From Candidatus Poribacteria bacterium (GTDB taxonomy: Bacteria; Poribacteria; WGA-4E; WGA-3G): 56,778 nucleotides of DNA. Below, one piece after another: positions 9,173 to 16,182 of the stretch. The stretch covers positions 1-56,778 of the forward strand of contig JAAXHI010000253.1 of the NCBI GenBank assembly GCA_012270875.1. Direction: 5' to 3'. Made by a program: the position numbers and the translations under genes. Positions within the stretch are counted from its first letter, which is position 1. The number at the start of each line of letters is the position of its first letter. The notes beneath the pieces are model-generated. The model did not search any database. It was not told where the DNA came from and saw nothing but the letters and a program-made list of their open reading frames with translations.

Positions 9173-9442
9173 TTATAAAATACCTTGCGCTTTCAATCGT
9201 GAAATTAGCTCGGCTTGTGTGCCTTTCCCCTTTGTGGAATTGCATGCACCGCAGAGGAGTTGTAGATCGTCTTCTGTGTCTCTCAATGTTTCACCTGCTG
9301 CGTCGCTGCCGATGGGTGCTGCGTAGTTACGATTGGAATTGAACGGCGGGTCGAGATAGATCAGATCGACGGATTCGGTGTCTATGCCTCGCAAGACGGG
9401 TAGGTTGTCGTTTGAGAAGATGGTTCGGTTTTGGACATTCAT
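9173..9442 (-). pseudogene. Internally deleted N6/N4 DNA methyltransferase remnant (89 aa)
   Basis: The N-terminus DNLPVLRGIDTESVDLIYLDPPFNSNRNY carries motif IV (DPPF). It is joined directly to an HNH-like C-terminal tail, LQLLCGACNSTKGKG. The SAM-binding and target-recognition middle is absent. Confidence 0.65.
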
Positions 9443-9465
9443 TAGTATTCGCTCAAAAAAGTATT

Positions 9466-9494
9466 TTGGTATTTAACATACCCAATTCTATAAT
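9466..9494 (+). promoter_or_regulatory. Possible sigma-70 promoter for the 102-aa ORF
   Basis: TTGGTA, 17 nt, TATAAT, located about 35 nt upstream of the GAGGAGG RBS. Confidence 0.4.
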
Positions 9495-9529
9495 CTGGAT
9501 AATTACAATTATTGAGGAGGTGATAAGAA

Positions 9530-9838
9530 ATGTTTAAGGGTAGTTTACATGATCCTTCGGGTGTCAAGATAGCTGATCTTAGAGAAATAACTCCATTGAA
9601 AGGTGAATTAGTCGAAATGGAAACGGCACGTATACATGGAAATCAATATGTTAGTCGCTTTCCGGTATTTGAAGATGTAAGTTTTTCCGTAAAAGGTACT
9701 GCATCTAAAAAAATTCGCCCAGGTCAGAATGTCACGTTAAAATCTGGTGTTGAATTTGATCCCGTGCCTTACACTGTTGAATCTATCATTCCATCAGATG
9801 ATGGGGCAATGTCTTTTAGTGCAAAACTTAAGCGTTAA
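9530..9838 (+). CDS. Hypothetical protein (102 aa)
   Basis: A strong RBS (GAGGAGGTG) sits 8 nt before the ATG, and a palindromic hairpin follows the stop. I recognise no motif. Confidence 0.5.
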   Translation: MFKGSLHDPSGVKIADLREITPLKGELVEMETARIHGNQYVSRFPVFEDVSFSVKGTASKKIRPGQNVTLKSGVEFDPVPYTVESIIPSDDGAMSFSAKLKR

Positions 9839-9846
9839 ATCACACG

Positions 9847-9877
9847 TAGGTTGGGTTGCACGGTTCAACCCAACCTA
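9847..9877. repeat. Family-A palindromic element (12-bp perfect stem TAGGTTGGGTTG / CAACCCAACCTA)
   Basis: A hairpin lies directly after the stop at 9838. The same arms form the terminal inverted repeats of the 250-bp element at 34636-34885. Half-sites occur near 11377-11398 and 19211-19227. Confidence 0.8.
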
Positions 9878-9932
9878 TGAATTTGATGGCTTATTTACTG
9901 AAGCAAATAAGTTCTACGGGACTAAAGAGGTT

Positions 9933-10060
9933 TTTGAAGTCTTCAAGGTTTCCGTATAAAATCCGATTCGGTTAGGAAACCGAACCTACCAGCCCTGGGT
10001 CCGAGGTGGTTTTTCTTTTTAAATTGACACTTATGGTGGGGTTAAAAAACCGCACCTACC
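9933..10060. repeat. Family-B composite intergenic repeat, copy 1
   Basis: The pattern ..GGTTTCCG(T/C)(A/G)TAAAATCCG(A/G)TTCGGTTAGGAAACCGAACCTACC.., a spacer, then TTCTTTTTAAATT(G/A)ACAC(T/C)TATGG..GGTTAAAAA(A)CCG(C/A)ACCTACC is also at 35000-35130. The core is a 9-bp hairpin, GGTTCGGTT-AGGA-AACCGAACC. Confidence 0.85.
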
Positions 10061-10073
10061 ATTGGAATGGATG

Positions 10074-10769
10074 CTACTTCATCTGTTTTTTTATCTGGTC
10101 TATAAGCTCTGCATCTCCTGTTTCTTGTGCTAAACCGAGTGCTTTCTGAAAATCCTGTTCTGCCTCGGTATCCCGCCCTAATTCTTTTTTAGAAGTCCCT
10201 CGGTTGAAATATGGAAATAGATAACCAGGATTTATGCAAATAGCCTCGTCATAGTCAGAAATTGCGGAATCATGGTGCCCAAGTTTTGCCTTAGTACTTC
10301 CTCTATCATTGTATGCTATGTCATTTTCAGGGTCTAAACGAATGACCACGTCTAAATCGGATATTGATTCAAAATATTGTCCTATGTCACTTTTCGCAAC
10401 GGCACGGTTGCGGTAGGCATTCACAAATTCAGGATCAAGTCTAATAGCAGCGTCAAAGTCATAGATAGCCTCTTTGGGGTGTCCTAAATTGTACTTCGCG
10501 AGCCCTCTGTTATAATAGGCGACCGCGAAATTAGGGTCTAAACGGAGCGTCTCGTCATAGTCAGAGACGGCTTCAAAGTATTGTTTTAAAAGGTATTTTG
10601 CGTTCCCTCTGTTATTATGAGCGTCCCTATTATTAGGGTCTAAACGAATAGCAGTGTCAAAGTCAGAGATAGCAGCACCATAATCTTCCTGATCGCATAA
10701 CTTTTTACCTTTCTCAATGTAGTTCTGAACAGATTTGGCAGTGTTCTTAGGGGAATTATCTTTTTTCAT
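10074..10769 (-). CDS. Tetratricopeptide (TPR) repeat protein
   Basis: Six or so 34-aa units repeat the pattern A..DFD.AIRLDPN...AY.NRG.AK. Confidence 0.85.
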   Translation of the reverse strand: MKKDNSPKNTAKSVQNYIEKGKKLCDQEDYGAAISDFDTAIRLDPNNRDAHNNRGNAKYLLKQYFEAVSDYDETLRLDPNFAVAYYNRGLAKYNLGHPKEAIYDFDAAIRLDPEFVNAYRNRAVAKSDIGQYFESISDLDVVIRLDPENDIAYNDRGSTKAKLGHHDSAISDYDEAICINPGYLFPYFNRGTSKKELGRDTEAEQDFQKALGLAQETGDAELIDQIKKQMK

Positions 10770-10779
10770 CTGGCTTTTC

Positions 10780-11250
10780 CTATACGGGTTCGGATGGTCT
10801 ATTATCTCTTAAAATTCTTTGCCCCATGTCTTCATCCGATCCTTCTCTGATTTCGGCAGCTATCTCGACACTGTTCCGCTGGTTAAGGCGATCTCGTAAC
10901 ATGAGAACAAGGATAGGCGCAACAATCAACGTGAAAATCCCAACGATGATCGCTATTAAAATATTCACTTTTGTATTTAGGACAGCCACTTGTTTGTCAA
11001 GTTCATCAAATTTTTCGTCAAGTTCACCAAATTTTTCGTCAAATTTCTTGTCAAGTTCACCAAATTTTTTGTCAACATGCGTGCGCATTTTATCTTCGGA
11101 TTCTTCTATTTTCTCAAGAATCTTTTCAAATTGCGATTGTGACAGCACAGTAGGCTGTTGCTCCTGTTGTCCATAAGCAGTAAAGGTGATCGAAAGGATA
11201 AAGAGTATTCCGAGAATGCTCCGAAGCGTTGCTTGTATGTTTGATATCAT
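10780..11250 (-). CDS. Membrane-anchored coiled-coil protein with DKKF/DEKF repeats
   Basis: It has an N-terminal signal/anchor. The repeat KKFGELDKKFDEKFGELDEKFDELDK is followed by a C-terminal TM helix. Confidence 0.65.
   Translation of the reverse strand: MISNIQATLRSILGILFILSITFTAYGQQEQQPTVLSQSQFEKILEKIEESEDKMRTHVDKKFGELDKKFDEKFGELDEKFDELDKQVAVLNTKVNILIAIIVGIFTLIVAPILVLMLRDRLNQRNSVEIAAEIREGSDEDMGQRILRDNRPSEPV
10996..11075. repeat. In-frame 21-bp tandem repeats within the CDS
   Basis: gtcaagttca(t/c)caaattttt(c/t) occurs 3 times, plus a 12-bp partial unit. Confidence 0.85.
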
Positions 11251-11474
11251 CGTTTCCCTTGACTGAATAAAATGAGCCTTAAAGTATCGTATGTCTTTTG
11301 GTAAGCGGTGACTTTATTTTACCATATCAGAAAAAAATCGTCAAAATATTGGGGGCGTTCATTTATGTGTTGTGTTTCGCGTGTTCACCCCAACCTATGG
11401 CCTAATGTAAGAGGCGCAATAATGCACGTCGCATTTGGGCGAGTACGCCGCAGAATTGCGCCATTACAAACGCG

Positions 11475-11537
11475 GATACTCTTAAAATCCGCGCAATCTG
11501 TGAAATCTGTGTAATCCGTGATTCAGACAATGGCGGG
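11475..11537. repeat. Family-C intergenic repeat, copy 2
   Basis: See 9106-9169. This copy lies 34 nt 3' of the aspC-like stop codon. Confidence 0.8.
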
Positions 11538-11570
11538 GCACAGGGACCCGCCCTACAAGAAAAAGTAACG

Positions 11571-12758
11571 TTACGCCAACGCCTTTTTAATTCGATCCAG
11601 TCCGCGGTTAATCTCTGTCGATGAGGTAGCAAAAGAGAGTCGCAAATGGTTATCGGCACCGAACCCGTTGCCCGGCACAACACCGACACCTGCCGAATTG
11701 AGTAGATAATCGGTGATGTCCATTGAACCTTCAATCTTTTGTCCGTTAATTGTCCTGCCGTAGTGTTCAGAGAAATCGGGGAAGATGTAGAACGCACCCT
11801 GCGGTCTGGCATAACTAATTCCATCAATATCGTCAAAACGCTGACAGATCACATCTCGGCGTTCTTCAAACGCTTTCCGCATCTCTTCAACAGCGTCCTG
11901 CGGTTCATTGAGTGCTACGACGGCGGCTTTCTGTGCAATGGATGTCGGGTTTGAAGTGCTGTGCGATTGGATACGCGACATCGCTGAGATCGCATCTTCG
12001 GGACCGGCAGTATATCCGATTCGCCAGCCTGTCATTGAGTAGGCTTTAGAGACACCGTTGACAACAAAGGTAATCGCTTTCGTCTCCTCGTTGAAGGAAG
12101 CGGGACTCTGATGTGTCGCGCCGTCGTAGAGCAGTGCCTCATAAATTTCATCGGAGATGAGATAGACCTGATGTTTGACGGCAAGTGCAGCGATCGCTTT
12201 CAGCGTATCCAGATCGTAGGTGGTACCCGTCGGATTGCTCGGACTGTTAACGAGGATCGCCTTCGTCTTTGGGGTTATCGCTGCTTCGACCTGATCCGGT
12301 GCCATGCAGAAGTTCTGTGCCGGTGTCGTCTCAATGACACGCGGTACTGCGCCTGCGAGTTTAATCTGTTCTGGGTAACTGACCCAATAGGGTGCGGCGA
12401 AGATGACCTCGTCACCCGGATCGCAGATGGCTTGTAAGATGTTATAAATGGTGTGCTTGGCACCGCATGAGACGATGACTTCAGACGTTTGATAACTCAA
12501 TCCGTTATCTCGTTTGAATTTCTCGGTGATCGCCTCGCGGATTTCGGGGGTACCGGGGACAGGGGTGTATTTCGTGAACCCGGCATCGAGTGCGGCGATT
12601 GCGGCGGCTTTGATGTAATCGGGTGTATCAAAATCGGGTTCGCCTGCCCCGAATTTGACGACATCTACGCCATCAGCGATCAACGCGTTGATTTTCGCGG
12701 TGATCGCCAAAGTGGACGATGGCGTTACATTTTGACTCCGTTGTGATAATGAGATCAT
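11571..12758 (-). CDS. aspC: Aspartate / class-I pyridoxal-phosphate aminotransferase
   Basis: The PLP-lysine motif NGVSKAYSMTGWRIGY and SNPTGT are present. The start is placed at MISLSQRS (ATG 12758, AAAGGAGAA RBS), not at the longer ORF start at 12788. Confidence 0.9.
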   Translation of the reverse strand: MISLSQRSQNVTPSSTLAITAKINALIADGVDVVKFGAGEPDFDTPDYIKAAAIAALDAGFTKYTPVPGTPEIREAITEKFKRDNGLSYQTSEVIVSCGAKHTIYNILQAICDPGDEVIFAAPYWVSYPEQIKLAGAVPRVIETTPAQNFCMAPDQVEAAITPKTKAILVNSPSNPTGTTYDLDTLKAIAALAVKHQVYLISDEIYEALLYDGATHQSPASFNEETKAITFVVNGVSKAYSMTGWRIGYTAGPEDAISAMSRIQSHSTSNPTSIAQKAAVVALNEPQDAVEEMRKAFEERRDVICQRFDDIDGISYARPQGAFYIFPDFSEHYGRTINGQKIEGSMDITDYLLNSAGVGVVPGNGFGADNHLRLSFATSSTEINRGLDRIKKALA

Positions 12759-12770
12759 TTGTTCTCCTTT
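12660..12770. repeat. 111-bp direct repeat, copy 1 (RBS plus first ~33 codons of aspC)
   Basis: It is identical to 13633-13743 except for 2 mismatches. Confidence 0.95.
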
Positions 12771-12890
12771 TTCGGGCGCGTGATACAAAGTTGCGTGTGC
12801 AAGTCACTCGCTTCAACGTCGGAAAAGGCTCTCAACGATAAAACTGGAAATAGCATCTGCTGCTAAGGAACTATCAGTTTAAATACGAAG

Positions 12891-13073
12891 TTAAGCCAAA
12901 TGTTTCTCTGCCTTTTCCTTCCGATGGCCCGAGTAATCAACGTATTTCACGCCCTGATTCATACGTTTCTTTTGCTGTTTCATTAGAAATTCCATATATG
13001 TTTCTAAGTCACCAAAGAGAGCAACGAGACGCGCTTTGGCTTCTTGGATGTCTTTTACGGGGTTATCACACAT
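12891..13073 (-). CDS. Small partner protein of the PIN-like gene (putative antitoxin-like, 60 aa)
   Basis: It overlaps the upstream PIN-like gene by 19 nt. It is a helical, charged small protein. The function is inferred from context. Confidence 0.45.
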   Translation of the reverse strand: MCDNPVKDIQEAKARLVALFGDLETYMEFLMKQQKKRMNQGVKYVDYSGHRKEKAEKHLA

Positions 13074-13552
13074 GAGAGTTCCTCCAATATTCCTTCAGGA
13101 GAGTCAATACGGGGCGGCTGATATCCCGCCTCATGACAAATCTGTTCAATTTTAGGTAATGTTCGTGGATTTGCAAGGTGTGCAAAGTTCCAAGTTGCTA
13201 AATAAGGGACAAGATGTCTTGCAGCAACCGCTACGTGGACGGCATCGGTAAATGCTACTTGTGGAATTGCCTTTCCATCAACTAACCATTGGGCAAACGC
13301 GAGATCTGAATCCTCAACAACCAAATTTGGGAGCCCTTCAACCGCTTCTAACCTATCTGTCACTTGAAGATTATCACCAACTGATATTTCAGCAATAACA
13401 GCATCCGACACAATGAATTGGAAACGAGTATCACTCCAAAACTCACGAGTGATGTTTTGCCATCTTGCGATTTTGGGGTCGCGACTTTGTCTGGCAACTA
13501 AATTGCTCGGTATCGTCGCATCAATGTAAACGTCAATGTAAGTCTGATCCAT
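13055..13552 (-). CDS. PIN-like domain protein (VapC-type toxin-like)
   Basis: Acidic positions sit in IDATIP, SDAVIAE and FTDAVHVAVAA. TWNFAHLAN resembles the C-terminal T-x-N-x-x-H/D motif of PIN-like nucleases. Confidence 0.55.
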   Translation of the reverse strand: MDQTYIDVYIDATIPSNLVARQSRDPKIARWQNITREFWSDTRFQFIVSDAVIAEISVGDNLQVTDRLEAVEGLPNLVVEDSDLAFAQWLVDGKAIPQVAFTDAVHVAVAARHLVPYLATWNFAHLANPRTLPKIEQICHEAGYQPPRIDSPEGILEELSCVITP

Positions 13553-13626
13553 CTGCGATGCCCTGCATGCTTTTTGTAAGTATACCCATCATTACACAAA
13601 ATTGCAATCTTTTTGTCCAATTGAGT

Positions 13627-13731
13627 TTAGATGACATCTACGCCATCAGCGATCAACGCGTTAATTTTCGCGGTGATCGCCAAAGTGGACGATGGCGTTA
13701 CGTTTTGACTCCGTTGTGATAATGAGATCAT
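13627..13731 (-). pseudogene. Relic 5' end of aspC (34 codons, then a stop)
   Basis: It translates to MISLSQRSQNVTPSSTLAITAKINALIADGVDVI*. It keeps the same RBS as the functional gene. Confidence 0.85.
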
Positions 13732-13743
13732 TTGTTCTCCTTT
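13633..13743. repeat. 111-bp direct repeat, copy 2
   Basis: See 12660-12770. Confidence 0.95.
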
Positions 13744-13811
13744 GGAAATAGGTTTTGCGTTTAATTATGATAGCGAGGCGGATTACACTTACTTCGATAC
13801 AATCCTCTTTT

Positions 13812-14129
13812 TTAGCCTCTCAGACTTTCGTAAACGGTATCATGTTTCCCGATCGAAAACCAGACGAAACCTTCCTCGTCTTCAAATGCCACCGCTCTAT
13901 ACCCTCTGGTAACCCTGACGGACCAATAGTTGTAGCCCTCAAGTTTCTTGAAATTAAGGGACGGATCGCTGGGATTTTCTTTGAGCAGTCGAAATTGTTT
14001 GTCGGCGAGTCTTTGAACCTCTGATGGAAGTCTTCGATAATGCCCCCAAAAACGGTGCGTCGTCTTGTGGACGACCCTTGGGAGCTCAATGCTCGATTTA
14101 TAGATATTTGAATCTCCCCGCCTGGACAT
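13812..14129 (-). CDS. RelE/ParE-superfamily toxin
   Basis: KLEGYNYWSVRVTRGYRAVAFEDEEGFVWFSIGKHDTVY is the typical RelE/ParE C-terminal pattern. The start is set at the ATG at 14129, and the ORF extends to 14159. Confidence 0.7.
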   Translation of the reverse strand: MSRRGDSNIYKSSIELPRVVHKTTHRFWGHYRRLPSEVQRLADKQFRLLKENPSDPSLNFKKLEGYNYWSVRVTRGYRAVAFEDEEGFVWFSIGKHDTVYESLRG

Positions 14130-14433
14130 CTTTAAGTGCTTCCTCGCGAAGCTGCTCAAGTTTTCCGGCTTTCACGTCTGCCTCAAATTTCTTTTCCCAT
14201 GCTTCTTCTTCGGCAACCAATGCCTCGTGAAGTTTATTCTCGAGGGTTTTCAGAAGCACTTTTTGTGTAGGCTCCTCACACTTGACTTTTGGAACATCTG
14301 GGATCCACCCAAGCCAACGCGTTCCATTTCTTCGGATGTGAGCCGTATAGGTCTCCTCGAAGACCTTGTCATGAATGTTGACCTTTTTTATTTTTTCTAT
14401 AGTTTTCTCCTCGCGCAAACGTGAGGGTTCCAT
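14098..14433 (-). CDS. Putative cognate antitoxin (HicB-like fold plus addiction-module C-terminal helix)
   Basis: It overlaps the toxin start. The ORF runs to 14574, but that would overlap the upstream gene by 100 nt. I therefore chose the MEPSRL start at 14433. Confidence 0.5.
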   Translation of the reverse strand: MEPSRLREEKTIEKIKKVNIHDKVFEETYTAHIRRNGTRWLGWIPDVPKVKCEEPTQKVLLKTLENKLHEALVAEEEAWEKKFEADVKAGKLEQLREEALKDVQAGRFKYL

Positions 14434-14473
14434 AAACGTTTTCACTAATTCTCTTGCCGGTTTGCTAAGTTGC

Positions 14474-15040
14474 TTATGCGTTCTGCCGACTAGAAAGTTT
14501 AGCCTTCTTTCGCCGCCTTGCAAATCTCGCTCGGCTTGTGCGATTGATTCTAAGTTCATTTTCCACTTTGGCAACGAGTTCTATTGGCTGTTCTACACCG
14601 ATCCCAACCTTGAATTGATTATGCGTAATTTCTTTGAACCGATTTTGCCTCAAGTTCTCATAAAATTTCCAATCCTTAGGATCCGTGCTGTTAGCAAATA
14701 CTCCGAGAGGCGTATCGGTTGCGCAGAGATAGGACTGTAACTGATCACGTCCGTAGGTTATGACTCCCTTCCGTTTGCACTCTGCGATAGCGACAAAGTT
14801 TCCTACCCTATCAAGAATCAGAATATCAGCTCTACGTTTATCGGACCCCATCTGAATGTCAAGTTCTGTCTCAATAAAAAGCTGCCGGAATTCAGGTTTA
14901 GAGAAATAGTTGACAACTGCCTCTACTACTATGGCTTCACGTGGGGCCTCCGTACGACAATCAGGACACAACGTGAAGCGCGGATAACGAGGTTGAGAAC
15001 GCGAATGCAGATGGCACAATACTGTTTCTAAATCTCTCAT
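14474..15040 (-). CDS. Stand-alone HsdR_N-type (PD-(D/E)xK) restriction-endonuclease-like domain protein
   Basis: ADILILDRVGNFVAIAECKRKG...GRDQLQSYL matches the type I restriction R-subunit N-terminal nuclease-domain motif (D...E-x-K). Confidence 0.7.
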   Translation of the reverse strand: MRDLETVLCHLHSRSQPRYPRFTLCPDCRTEAPREAIVVEAVVNYFSKPEFRQLFIETELDIQMGSDKRRADILILDRVGNFVAIAECKRKGVITYGRDQLQSYLCATDTPLGVFANSTDPKDWKFYENLRQNRFKEITHNQFKVGIGVEQPIELVAKVENELRINRTSRARFARRRKKAKLSSRQNA

Positions 15041-15114
15041 AATATCTTTGCAATTTCTCTAATAGATTTTATCGCTCGATTCATGTTTTCATCAAGGAGA
15101 AACCGAAGTCTCAT
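15037..15114 (-). pseudogene. 25-codon stub resembling the N-terminus of a DUF5615 PIN-like toxin
   Basis: MRLRFLLDENMNRAIKSIREIAKIL*. It is coupled by ATGA overlaps to the ORFs on both sides. Confidence 0.3.
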
Positions 15115-15266
15115 AGGACATCCAGTGGTTTGGTAGAAGTTTGTTTAGCCTCAAGCAATTCTTGAGAAGCCTTTGCAAAGCGTTCCCGCAATTCAACTAT
15201 GAAAGAGGACGAATTACGGTGTTGTTCCTGCTCTGCTGTCGCATCGAGTTGTCTCACGCGCTCCAT
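15111..15266 (-). CDS. Small ORF (51 aa), unknown function
   Basis: MERVRQLDATAEQEQHRNSSSFIVELRERFAKASQELLEAKQTSTKPLDVL. It is below the ORF-track cutoff. I found it by hand, and only its position supports it. Confidence 0.25.
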   Translation of the reverse strand: MERVRQLDATAEQEQHRNSSSFIVELRERFAKASQELLEAKQTSTKPLDVL

Positions 15267-15278
15267 TGATTTTCTACA

Positions 15279-16145
15279 TCATAGGGTCTTATCGAGTTCT
15301 TTCAGGAGATTTTTCTGTTTTCGGGATAAAGATTTTGGGATTTCTACGACCAACCGCACCCGTAAATCTCCCTTTCGTCCGGAGACATCTGCCGCGCCTT
15401 GCCCGCGTAGGCGGAGTTGTTGCCCAGGTTGCGCGCCTGCTGGGACTTTCAGATCCACATCACCCGTTAGCGTTGGCACCCGGACGGAACCCCCTAATGC
15501 CGCCGTTGTTATAGAGATTTTTGCATCTGTCAACAGATCGGGACCTTCGCGGGTCAATGTCGGATGCGATTGGACAGAGACTGTTACCAGTAGATCGCCA
15601 GAATTGCCAACGCCGAGCGTTTCACCGTGTCCACGGATCCGTAAGGTTTGCCCGTCTTGAATGCCGGATGGTATTGTAAGGGTGATGCGTTTTCCTTGGA
15701 CGTTGACCTCTTTCTTACAGCCCAAGACTGCATCGGCGAACGGGATATTGAGGTCTAGGCGGATGTCGCGCCCACGGGTAGGTCCCGTCGTGCGCCGCTG
15801 CCCGAACACATCGCCAAATGCATCGTCGAATCTACCGAACCCACCGAATCCGCGCCCAAAAATGTCGTCCAAGTTTATATGCGTGAAAATATCGTCCATG
15901 GTTCGGTAGCCTTCAAACCCCATCCCGTGAACGCCTGCATGTCCATGGGTATCGTAAGCACGCTTTTTTTCGGGGTCGGAGAGTACCGAATAGGCGTTTG
16001 ATGCCTCTTTGAATTTCTCCTCTGCCGCTTTGTCGCCAGGATTTTTGTCTGGATGGTACTGGACTGCGAGTTTACGATAGGCTTTCTTGATTTCTTCAGG
16101 AGTGGCACCTCGGTCCACACCGAGGATTTCGTAGTAATCTCTCAT
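15279..16145 (-). CDS. cbpA: J-domain co-chaperone without zinc finger (CbpA / class II DnaJ-like)
   Basis: [38 protein letters not shown] carries the HPD motif. A G/F region and two C-terminal beta domains follow. There are no CxxCxGxG repeats. Confidence 0.88.
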   Translation of the reverse strand: MRDYYEILGVDRGATPEEIKKAYRKLAVQYHPDKNPGDKAAEEKFKEASNAYSVLSDPEKKRAYDTHGHAGVHGMGFEGYRTMDDIFTHINLDDIFGRGFGGFGRFDDAFGDVFGQRRTTGPTRGRDIRLDLNIPFADAVLGCKKEVNVQGKRITLTIPSGIQDGQTLRIRGHGETLGVGNSGDLLVTVSVQSHPTLTREGPDLLTDAKISITTAALGGSVRVPTLTGDVDLKVPAGAQPGQQLRLRGQGAADVSGRKGDLRVRLVVEIPKSLSRKQKNLLKELDKTL

Positions 16146-16182
16146 AATATTTTATAAAGTCGGTACGATGTATACTTATTAA

